Shown here in pieces: positions 19,291 through 27,941 of a stretch of DNA of 64,000 nt (position 1 is its first letter; every line of letters begins with the position of its first letter). Location: assembly GCA_026391855.1 (NCBI GenBank), contig JAPLDE010000028.1:297-64296 (forward strand), given 5' to 3'. This stretch comes from Bacteroidota bacterium. Lineage in GTDB: Bacteria > Bacteroidota > Bacteroidia > Bacteroidales > CAIXZF01. A program made the position numbers and the translations under genes. The notes under the pieces were generated by a model. That model saw only the letters and a program-made list of their open reading frames with translations. It made no database searches and had not been told where the DNA came from.

Positions 19291-20672
19291 AAATGCCCAA
19301 ACAGGCACCTTTCATCAGGAAAAGAAATTTTCAAGAGGTTGCACTGGGATATACAAAGGAAATGGCAGTAGATGAAGCCAGCCGCTGCCTTGCCTGTAAA
19401 AAACCGCTTTGTGTGGAAGGCTGTCCTGTGGAAATCGATATTCCGGGTTTCATTAAATGTATAGCCACCAATGATTTTTCAGCTGCCATAAGGAAGCTGA
19501 AAGAAAAAAATTGTTTACCGGCAGTTTGCGGCAGAGTATGTCCACAGGAAGAACAATGTGAAATAAAATGCATAGTTGGGAAAAAAGGATCTCCTGTCGC
19601 TATTGGTCGCCTCGAACGTTTTGCCGCTGAATGGGAAGCTTCTCAAACAATAATGGAATTACCTGAAATAAAAACGAAAACGGGTAAAAATGTACTGGTT
19701 GTCGGTTCAGGCCCTGCGGGTATTACTGTTGCCGGCGACCTGATCCTTGCGGGACATGAGGTGACCATGCTCGAAGCACTTCATGAACCCGGCGGAGTCC
19801 TTTCCTATGGGATCCCAGAATTCCGCCTTCCCGGCAAAATTGTCAGCAGGGAGATTGAATATCTTCAAAAACTCGGAGTAAAGCTTATCTGTAACTATGT
19901 TGTAGGTAAAACCAAATCTTTGTCTGATCTTTTAAATGAGTATGATGCTGCTTTCATCGGCACAGGTGCAGGTCTTCCGTGGTTTATGGAAATACCGGGA
20001 GAAAATCTGAACGGAGTATATTCCGCCAATGAATATCTTACCCGCGTTAACTTAATGAGAGGATATCAGTATCCTAAAACTTATACGCCGGTTATCCGAC
20101 ATCGGAGAGTGGCAGTAGTGGGTGGTGGAAATGTTGCCATGGATTGCGCCCGGACTGCACTTCGTTTAGGTGCTGAAGAGGTTTATATTGTATACAGAAG
20201 ATCCCGGAATGAACTGCCCGCCAGGCTTGAGGAGTTCGAAAATGCCGAAGAAGAGGGAGTGATCTTCCATTTTCTTACGCTGCCTGTAAAATTAATTGGA
20301 GATGAAGAGGGCTGGCTTAAAGAAATTGAATGCCTGAAAATGGAGCTTGGAGAACCGGATCAATCCGGGAGAAGAAAACCGGTTCCATTGGCAGGTTCAG
20401 AATTCAGAATGAGGATGGATGCTTGTATTGTTGCTATCGGTAACAGTCCTAATCCTATTATCCCCACTACAACTCCCAATCTGGAGGTTTCAAAAAAAGG
20501 TACCATTATCGTTGATGAAAATACAGGTAAAACCTCTATCGACCGCGTGTGGGCAGGGGGCGATATTGTTACCGGAGCTGCAACAGTGATTCTGGCGATG
20601 GGTGCCGGTCGTAAAGCTGCACGGTCGATGCACGCCTATTTAACCAATGGTATTGTTTCAACAGGAGGCTAA
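19254..20672 (+). CDS. nfnB: NfnB/SudA large subunit (GltD-like; often annotated gltA, NADPH-dependent glutamate synthase)
   Basis: RCLACKKPLCVEGCP, CGRVCPQEEQCE, VGSGPAG, VVGGGNVAMDCAR, YRR, AGGDIVTGAATVILAM. Start placed at ATG 19254. Confidence 0.9.
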   Translation: MEETKSRKRERVEMPKQAPFIRKRNFQEVALGYTKEMAVDEASRCLACKKPLCVEGCPVEIDIPGFIKCIATNDFSAAIRKLKEKNCLPAVCGRVCPQEEQCEIKCIVGKKGSPVAIGRLERFAAEWEASQTIMELPEIKTKTGKNVLVVGSGPAGITVAGDLILAGHEVTMLEALHEPGGVLSYGIPEFRLPGKIVSREIEYLQKLGVKLICNYVVGKTKSLSDLLNEYDAAFIGTGAGLPWFMEIPGENLNGVYSANEYLTRVNLMRGYQYPKTYTPVIRHRRVAVVGGGNVAMDCARTALRLGAEEVYIVYRRSRNELPARLEEFENAEEEGVIFHFLTLPVKLIGDEEGWLKEIECLKMELGEPDQSGRRKPVPLAGSEFRMRMDACIVAIGNSPNPIIPTTTPNLEVSKKGTIIVDENTGKTSIDRVWAGGDIVTGAATVILAMGAGRKAARSMHAYLTNGIVSTGG

Positions 20673-20889
20673 GTCCGGTCAAAAGGAAAGCATTATCAGA
20701 GCCGAACAAGTTGAGGCGGAAAATGACATTACAAGGTTATCCTGACTGATGGGATTTCTGTTGATATTTTGTGGCTTATGGCGCATCGACACAGAAAAAA
20801 ATATCAGAGAAGCCAGATATGATGTTAACCAGACATGGTATTAAAGAAGTTGGCGGATTTATCTGCCAGCTTAATCCAATTAACCGATA

Positions 20890-21354
20890 TCAATCCTTTT
20901 CGTCTTCACCCTTCTTTTGCAGTGTTTTCTTCAACACCTCACCAGTTGTGGAGAACTGAACTTCATACCTTTCCTTACCTTTTTTCAGGTCCATTTCATA
21001 AATAGTCCCTTTGTCGGGGGTTTCAACTTTGGCTACTTCAGAAGTCTTAAACCCGGCGAAGTTTTTGGCTACGGAGGCGGTAATTTCTTTGGGCAGCGCG
21101 GATTCTTTTATCTCAGTCTCCGTTTCTAACCACTTTCCTGTAGCGTCAAAGTTGGCTGACATCTCTACTCCCTTATCCTTGAAGTTGATCTCATAATCCT
21201 TCTTTTCCATCTCATATTTAATGTTGGTAGCAGCAGGAAACTTTTTGGCAAAGGCTTGTTTTACAGGAGCAGGTACTTTATCTGCGGTGATTTTCTGGGT
21301 AAATCCCCCAAAACTGATCAGCAAAATGGTGGTCAACAAAATTAAATTTTTCAT
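20890..21354 (-). CDS. PepSY-like (beta-lactamase-inhibitor-like) periplasmic protein
   Basis: Signal peptide followed by VPAPVKQAFAKKFP...YEINF...ANFDATGKWLETE repeats. Confidence 0.85.
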   Translation of the reverse strand: MKNLILLTTILLISFGGFTQKITADKVPAPVKQAFAKKFPAATNIKYEMEKKDYEINFKDKGVEMSANFDATGKWLETETEIKESALPKEITASVAKNFAGFKTSEVAKVETPDKGTIYEMDLKKGKERYEVQFSTTGEVLKKTLQKKGEDEKD

Positions 21355-21702
21355 TTTTTCAGATTTAAAATATTGAAAGTTAATAAATTACATCTTATTT
21401 CCACACTGAATATCTCCGGAGGGTAATACAAAAGATCAGGATCAGTTGAGGTGTAGTTATCAGCACCCGCAAAATGCAGAGGTTTAAGAATACGGAAAGC
21501 ACCATGGTCATGGATCAAAGGTAGTTAAAATATTGGTCATGAGTAAAAACAGGCCGGAACATGGCAACAGGTTATCTTTTGGATTATTTAATGAGCTGTT
21601 ATCAGTGCCGGTTCAGCTATTCTTTTTACTTTCGAAGGCTGAAATTCTGACAGCCATGGGGCTTAAAAGCCTTAAGATCTTGTATGATAATGGAATAAAA
21701 CG

Positions 21703-22278
21703 ATGGCTCAGTATATTGAAGGAAAAGTATTTAAAAAAGTTGATTTTTCGGAGCCCACCCCGGGGATAAAAGAATATGAAAAGTGCTCCTTTCAGGGTTG
21801 TAATTTTTCGTATGCCGTGTTGTCGAATATTACGTTTTCTGACTGTTCATTTAATGGTTGCGACTTTTCACTGGCGAAACTGTATAACACGGCTTTCAAA
21901 CAGGTAACGTTTAAGGATTGTAAGTTGCTGGGATTACATTTTGAAGATTGCAGTAATTTTTTGTTTGGGGTCAGTTTTGAAGATTGTGTGGTTAACTTGT
22001 CCACTTTTTTCAGGAAAAGTTTAAAAAAGACGATGTTCAGGAACTGTAGCCTCAGGGAAGTGGATTTTACAGAATCAGACTTAAGCGCGGCCGTTTTTGA
22101 AAATTGTGACCTGGGAGGGGCTGTTTTCGAAAATTCAAATCTGGAGAAGACGGATTTCCGGACATCCTTTAACTATTCCATTGATCCCGAAAAGAATAGG
22201 GTAAGGAAAGCGAAGTTCTCAATATCAGGAATAACGGGACTGCTGGATAAATATGATATTGAGATTGACGGAATATAA
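21703..22278 (+). CDS. Pentapeptide repeat protein (Qnr/McbG/MfpA-like fold)
   Basis: Continuous x(D/N/S)F(S/T)x pentapeptide repeats ending IDPEKNRVRKAKFS. Confidence 0.9.
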   Translation: MAQYIEGKVFKKVDFSEPTPGIKEYEKCSFQGCNFSYAVLSNITFSDCSFNGCDFSLAKLYNTAFKQVTFKDCKLLGLHFEDCSNFLFGVSFEDCVVNLSTFFRKSLKKTMFRNCSLREVDFTESDLSAAVFENCDLGGAVFENSNLEKTDFRTSFNYSIDPEKNRVRKAKFSISGITGLLDKYDIEIDGI

Positions 22279-22311
22279 GTAATAGTAACCGTTGTCAGGA
22301 AGAATAGATCA

Positions 22312-22788
22312 ATGAAGGCATTCACCATAAAAGAACTTAAAGAAGAATTAACGAACTGTTCGTCTGCAGAACTGCTGGAGCTTTGTCTCCGCTTGTCGAA
22401 ATTCAAAAAGGAGAACAAGGAACTATTAACCTACCTGTTGTTTGAATCATCGGATGAGGGGGCCTATATCGAAAGCGTAAAGAGGGAGATGGACGGGCAA
22501 TTTGAGCAGATCAATACCACCACTTATTATTTTATAAAGAAGAGCGTTCGCAAAATATTACTCAATCTCAAGAAATGTATACGATTTTCAAACAGGAAAG
22601 AGACTGAGATAGAGCTACTTATGTATTTTTGTGCGAAACTGAAAGCCTTTACTCCATCCATACAACATAATAACAGACTCCGGAATATTTATAACGGGCA
22701 AATTGAGCTTATCAAAAAAAAGTTAACGGCTATGCATGAAGATTTACAACATGATTACCTGATGGAGCTGGAAGCAATTGACAAGTAA
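22312..22788 (+). CDS. Conserved hypothetical helical protein
   Basis: 158-aa ORF with ELCLRLSKFKKENKELLTYLLFE, which looks like a Bacteroidota family; no function recognised. Confidence 0.7.
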   Translation: MKAFTIKELKEELTNCSSAELLELCLRLSKFKKENKELLTYLLFESSDEGAYIESVKREMDGQFEQINTTTYYFIKKSVRKILLNLKKCIRFSNRKETEIELLMYFCAKLKAFTPSIQHNNRLRNIYNGQIELIKKKLTAMHEDLQHDYLMELEAIDK

Positions 22789-22806
22789 AGACAGAAAAAG
22801 AGTTGG

Positions 22807-24612
22807 TTAATTTCTGGCGGTATTTTGGGTGTGTGAAACAAAAGAACTCGTGTGTTCATTCATTTCCATGATCGTACCGGTAATGGCTTTCATGCTCTCG
22901 CTGACCTCCATGCTCAGTTTTTCTGCATCGTAAAATTGCGTGGAGGCACTATTAATTTTTATGTTGATCTGTTTAAAGAGCATCGCAATGGTTTCCAGAT
23001 AAGGTTTGATCTTATCGGCTTCATTATGTGAATTCTCGGCTAATCGTTTTACCTCGCTGGCCACTACTGCAAAACCACGGCCATGCTCACCGGCCCGGGC
23101 AGCTTCAATGGCAGCATTCAGGGCAAGCAGATTGGTTTGCTTGGCAATGGTGCTGATGGTTTCTATTATCTTGGTGAATTCACCAAGCATATCGGATTTA
23201 GAATTTACAGATTCCAGCAATCCCAGGAATTCAGCATTTAATTTGTTGGTAAGTGTATGCATTTTATCAATAAACACACTTATGGTAAAACTCTGTGTAT
23301 CAAGCTGTTCCGCTGTTACGGAAACATTACCCGCAAGTTCACCAACAATGGTGGCATTATAATAAAAGCAATTTTCTTTCTTGTTCAGTCCGTTATGAAT
23401 GGCAGTTGCCATATGGTCGCAGGAATTATATCCACAGGAAGCACAATTCAAAAAATCTGATGGCTTGATTTTTTTCATGCTGAGATAAATACTCTGTCTT
23501 TCTCTTTCGGTAGGTTCAATAACTACATTATTTTCAGATAGATCCGAATATTCTCTTTTATATAGTTCAGGAGCCCAGTAATGGTCCAGTATGCGGTTTA
23601 CCTTTTTCTTATTTGAGTACTGCTTTTGCGCCAGTTTATTACGTTTTTCAACGAAATATTCTATTTTATCGATGGGTTCCTCCAGGTTCAGCGTGCCAGG
23701 CCCGCCATTACATCCTTTATGACAATTCAGGCAATCGATCAGAACAGGCGCTCTTCCGTGAGAAATTTCTTCCGGTAAAGAAGTGAAATAATCATAAACA
23801 TATTCTTTACCTTCAATTTTCCTGGAAATTTTAGCGATATCCGGAACCTCTCTTTCAGCAGTTCTCAAAAGGCCTCCGGGCAAAGAAAACAAAACAGCCC
23901 TTTCGGCAGGCGGGTTATCATAATCCGTTTCGGCATATTTATTCAGATCAATCTCGTTTTCATCGATAAATTGCTTCAGGGACCTGATAGTGACATTATA
24001 ATCTCCGAGGCCAACTTCATCAAATTCTCGGCGCTTTGCCACACAGGGCGAGATGACGGCAATTTTATGCTGACGGTATTGCGGATAAAACTGTTTTATC
24101 ATTTTCATCGTGTGCATCATCGGGCTATCAGCAGGGGCAAGATATTTAAGCAGGGACGGACGATAAATTTCAAGGTAGGTGACAATGGCCGGACAGGGTT
24201 GTGAAATGATGGCTCTTGGTTTATTGTCGTGTAAATGAGCAAGATATGATTTGATGGTAAGTTCGGCGCCAAAACTAACGTCAAAATTTGCCTCCACACC
24301 CATACTTTTCAGCAGGCCATTTATACGAAGATACTGTTCGGGAAAGTTGGATGCGATAGCCGGAGCCACTATAGCGATCATTTTTACCCCGTTTCCCAAG
24401 TTCTCGAGAAATGTCTCCGTATCGTCCAGGTAATAGCGGGCTTCGTGGGTACAAACTGCGATGCAGGCGCCACAGGCTATACACATATCATTGTTTACCT
24501 GCACATAATCACCGCTGCCGTTGTTACAGTATTTTATCGGGCAGGCAGCAATGCATTTATGGCAATTAACGCATTTTTCTTTATCGACTTCTAAAACATG
24601 ACTTAATTTCAT
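22807..24612 (-). CDS. Cytoplasmic [FeFe]-hydrogenase-like sensor fused to methyl-accepting chemotaxis signalling domain (group C-type)
   Basis: 2x[4Fe-4S], [29 protein letters not shown], FeS domain [12 protein letters not shown] hairpin [30 protein letters not shown]. No transmembrane segment seen. Confidence 0.9.
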   Translation of the reverse strand: MKLSHVLEVDKEKCVNCHKCIAACPIKYCNNGSGDYVQVNNDMCIACGACIAVCTHEARYYLDDTETFLENLGNGVKMIAIVAPAIASNFPEQYLRINGLLKSMGVEANFDVSFGAELTIKSYLAHLHDNKPRAIISQPCPAIVTYLEIYRPSLLKYLAPADSPMMHTMKMIKQFYPQYRQHKIAVISPCVAKRREFDEVGLGDYNVTIRSLKQFIDENEIDLNKYAETDYDNPPAERAVLFSLPGGLLRTAEREVPDIAKISRKIEGKEYVYDYFTSLPEEISHGRAPVLIDCLNCHKGCNGGPGTLNLEEPIDKIEYFVEKRNKLAQKQYSNKKKVNRILDHYWAPELYKREYSDLSENNVVIEPTERERQSIYLSMKKIKPSDFLNCASCGYNSCDHMATAIHNGLNKKENCFYYNATIVGELAGNVSVTAEQLDTQSFTISVFIDKMHTLTNKLNAEFLGLLESVNSKSDMLGEFTKIIETISTIAKQTNLLALNAAIEAARAGEHGRGFAVVASEVKRLAENSHNEADKIKPYLETIAMLFKQINIKINSASTQFYDAEKLSMEVSESMKAITGTIMEMNEHTSSFVSHTQNTARN

Positions 24613-24977
24613 TTTAAACTGGTTTTATGAAGCGTCCACTAAATGAAGACATAAAAAAATATATTATGAATAACATATAATGTCACAACACATAAGCATT
24701 GAGATCAATATAATTCTGACTCGTAACTCTAACAAAGATGATATATTTTTTCCTGATAATCAAAATTATGTGAAAGGTATATTCAGCTGACAGGACCAAA
24801 AAGCATTTTCCGGTCACAATATCTTGTTGAACCTCACGTTTAACTTAAAATTCTCGCCTTATCGCAAGATCATCTACCCAGGAGGAATTTCTTTTTTCTA
24901 TCATCACTTCAGGGTCTCCATATTGAATCCCTCCTTTCTGTAAGAAAAATTTATCGGATCACTAAACACTGCTTATT

Positions 24978-25631
24978 ATGAGAGTGTCGGGCGTTCTATT
25001 CAGAATGGGGATTATCCTGCTGTTCTTACTTGAGTGTCAGCGGGTTGATAATGCCAATCTCCGGGTCCGCTGCCGGAGTAAGCCTGAAAAGACGATAACT
25101 CAGCCGATGGTACCTGAAAAGGAAAGGATCTTCATCCTTGTTGAAAAGAGCAGCTTTCATTTATCTGTTTACCGTTATGGGAAGCTTAACCGGACCTATG
25201 AGGCGGCTTTCGGGCAAAGCCGGGGATGTAAGGAGGCAGTAAAAGATAAGAAGACCCCCGAGGGTGATTACCGGATTTGTGAAAAAAAGAAAGGACCATT
25301 CAGCGGTAACACTTTCGGGGGTTATCCTGAATTTGCCGGGACCCGCTGGATGCTGATCAGCTACCCCAACTGCCAGGATGCCCTGAAAGGTTTACGGAGA
25401 AAGCTCATCAGCCAGCGACAGTAATGGGAGATAGCCAGCGCTGATGCTGCCGGTCTTTTGCCGCCCCAGGATACCCCGCTTGGTGGAGGCATAGGGATAC
25501 ATGGCTGGAACGGTGAGTGGGATGAAAGCGACAGGTACCTCACCTTCGGGTGTATCAGCCTTCATCAAAAAGATCTGGAAGAATTGTACGACCTTGTTGA
25601 CACAGGGACCAGGATAAGGATAGTAAAATAA
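24978..25631 (+). pseudogene. L,D-transpeptidase (YkuD family) interrupted by an in-frame TAA at 25422-25424
   Basis: ILVEKSSFHL...KKTPEGDY...ISYPN before the stop. The same frame continues WEIASADAAGLLPPQDTPLGGGIGIHG...TFGCISL...LYDLVDTGTRIRIVK-stop. Confidence 0.88.
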
Positions 25632-25636
25632 TCGCT

Positions 25637-26887
25637 ATGAACCTCTACTGTAAAATAACCGCGTTGTTGTTACTGTTGTCCTTTCCGGGTTTTATCCGGG
25701 GGGAAACTACGGACACCTTAAAGCATTTCCATCTTTCATTCGATAAGGGCAAATACGCCCTCAGGCTGGCTGATATCAGGCTGATCACACCAATGACAAG
25801 GTTGGTCAGGCTTAATCCCCTGGTGAAGGTGAAAATCATCTGTCCGCTTACCGACCCTGTCACGGATTCGGCCTCCTTCAGCCTGACACGTGAGAGGATA
25901 GACCATCTTAGAAACTTCCTGCTTTGCAGGGGTGTGGACAATAAAAACATTGTTGTTGAGAATGCTTCCGAAATTGACCGGATTTCTTATCAATTAATCA
26001 GTAAGACCATAAATAAGGAGGGCCTGGATATCATTGTTTCGGGGATAATGACCGTATTACCCGACCATCTGTCGACAGCCGAACTGGCTGCCATCGTCAC
26101 CATGGTTGAAGACAATACGCTTGTTCATGGAGAGGAAGGCATCAAAATCCAGTTAAATGCAGGGTATTTTGCGCCCAACAGGATCAGGGATTACCGGATA
26201 TACATCGATGCCCTGATTAATAATGAGGAAATAATGGCGAAAGGATACACAACGCTCACTGTTAATGATGATCTGATGGTTGCCGCCTGTATATTTGAGT
26301 TGAATATCAGTCCGCTGAAAGAATGCCTTCCCCTGATGAACAAACCTGATTCCATGATGGTATTGGTGCCGGTATCAACGATAGGGCTTGCTCCTGAGAA
26401 TCTGGTCGTTGCAATAGCAGTGAAAAACAAGGATCGCAGAATGAAATGGAAGGAAACCCGTATCAGGTTGTCCGTATCTGAATATAACGGAATCCCTCAT
26501 TATTTTTTCAGTGTTGGCCAGGCCGGGGCATACAGCCTTTTATACAGGCCATCAACCGCTTATGCTTCCATCAGGGTGAAAAAAATGCGGTCGTACCGGC
26601 TTGCAGTATACTATGATAACCGGAATTCGGTGTGTTTCCTTACAGCCAACAATGTGGAAGAGATCAGGGTCCCGGTTATCCCTTCCGACACTACGGCTAC
26701 CCTGACCCTACAGGTGAGGGGTAAACAGGGAAGATGGTTCCATATAACGGATATACCCATCGCAGCGCTGAAATATAACCGGAGAAAACAGATCTACTCA
26801 CTGGATCGTAATCTGCTTCAGACTGGACCGCTGCCTTTCAGCAGGAAAAAAGACATGAATGCTTTTGTCTCCAGGGAGAGATTCTAG
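25637..26887 (+). CDS. Exported protein with degenerate OmpA-like N-terminal domain
   Basis: Signal peptide; FDKGKYALR...TD...SLTRERIDHLRNFLLCRGV resembles OmpA_C. The remainder is unrecognised. Confidence 0.55.
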   Translation: MNLYCKITALLLLLSFPGFIRGETTDTLKHFHLSFDKGKYALRLADIRLITPMTRLVRLNPLVKVKIICPLTDPVTDSASFSLTRERIDHLRNFLLCRGVDNKNIVVENASEIDRISYQLISKTINKEGLDIIVSGIMTVLPDHLSTAELAAIVTMVEDNTLVHGEEGIKIQLNAGYFAPNRIRDYRIYIDALINNEEIMAKGYTTLTVNDDLMVAACIFELNISPLKECLPLMNKPDSMMVLVPVSTIGLAPENLVVAIAVKNKDRRMKWKETRIRLSVSEYNGIPHYFFSVGQAGAYSLLYRPSTAYASIRVKKMRSYRLAVYYDNRNSVCFLTANNVEEIRVPVIPSDTTATLTLQVRGKQGRWFHITDIPIAALKYNRRKQIYSLDRNLLQTGPLPFSRKKDMNAFVSRERF

Positions 26888-26924
26888 GAGAAAACAATAA
26901 AATAATGCGGTAGTAATCATACCA

Positions 26925-27797
26925 ATGAGAAAAAGCATAATAGCCGGATTTTGCTTCATCCTGCTGTCAGGCAGCATTCAGTCTCAGACCGACACGGTGA
27001 ATGGCCCCTATAATCTTCATCATCCATATGCCGGTGTACGGAGAATATTGATAGAACTGTCGGATGACCAGTTACTTGCGCAGAAATTCGCCGGTCAGTA
27101 CTGCCGGATGGTAGCATTTATCGCAGGACAACTGCTGAATGAGGAAGAAATGGTCCCGAAAGAGGATGATCCTGATTCGGTATCCATGAGAAAACAGCGG
27201 AATTTCCTGAATCGGATATGGAGCATCTATTCTACAGAACTTGACATCCAATATGGGTTCAACAATTTCTCCCATGATCTCTGGAAATGTTTAATCCCTG
27301 ATGACATGCTGATGGATTGCGACAACTCCGCTTTTCTTGTTTATGATGTCGGCCGGAAACTTGGTTTCAATATAGAGCTGATACTCGTAAACGGACTCTC
27401 CATTTCGCACGCATTAGTGAAAACTCCTGATTATGAGTATGAAAGCACTGATGGTGCTTTTTACCGCTTGGGGTATGCTAAAAAAACGTATCAAACATTT
27501 CTTCATATAATCAATGATCCTGAAAAATTACAGTCTATTCCTGAGATGAACAAATCGCTCACTTATAGTGATTTAAGAGTTTTTGACAGGGCCATTTCCT
27601 CAGGTTTGAGAGCCATTTCCCTGGACCCTGATAATTCCCTGGCGCAATATTGTCTTGGCTTAGTCTATAAAAATGCCGGTCAGCTTGAAAAAGCCCGTAG
27701 ACAGTTTTCTGAGGCAATCCGGGTGTCAGGAGGTAAATATGCTGCTGCTGAACGAGAGCTGGAAAAAATCAAGCTGGTGGCTGCGATACAGCACTAA
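26925..27797 (+). CDS. Exported transglutaminase-like Cys-His-Asp/Glu domain protein with C-terminal TPR
   Basis: Signal peptide; MDCDNSAFL...ISHALV...YESTDG; TPR AISLDPDNSLAQYCLGLVY. Confidence 0.6.
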   Translation: MRKSIIAGFCFILLSGSIQSQTDTVNGPYNLHHPYAGVRRILIELSDDQLLAQKFAGQYCRMVAFIAGQLLNEEEMVPKEDDPDSVSMRKQRNFLNRIWSIYSTELDIQYGFNNFSHDLWKCLIPDDMLMDCDNSAFLVYDVGRKLGFNIELILVNGLSISHALVKTPDYEYESTDGAFYRLGYAKKTYQTFLHIINDPEKLQSIPEMNKSLTYSDLRVFDRAISSGLRAISLDPDNSLAQYCLGLVYKNAGQLEKARRQFSEAIRVSGGKYAAAERELEKIKLVAAIQH

Positions 27798-27941
27798 TGG
27801 ACCGACTCTTGGGTTTGCCAGTGGGGGTAAGCATCAATCACCCGGTTTATTATCATAAGGCAGTTGTAAATATAAGAATAATGCTTACATTTACAGGATA
27901 AGTGATCTATTATCCGGTTATCTTTCTTAATGCTAAATACT

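Noticed and set aside
19254-20672. Glutamate synthase
   Set aside because: No GltB large subunit nearby; the pairing with an NfnA/SudB gene indicates Nfn.
10337-24900. Intact integrative element or prophage at tRNA-Leu
   Set aside because: No integrase, transposase, phage gene or attR duplication was seen in the window.
25422-25424. Selenocysteine, pyrrolysine or alternative genetic code
   Set aside because: The codon is TAA rather than TGA or TAG, and TAA terminates many genes normally in this window.
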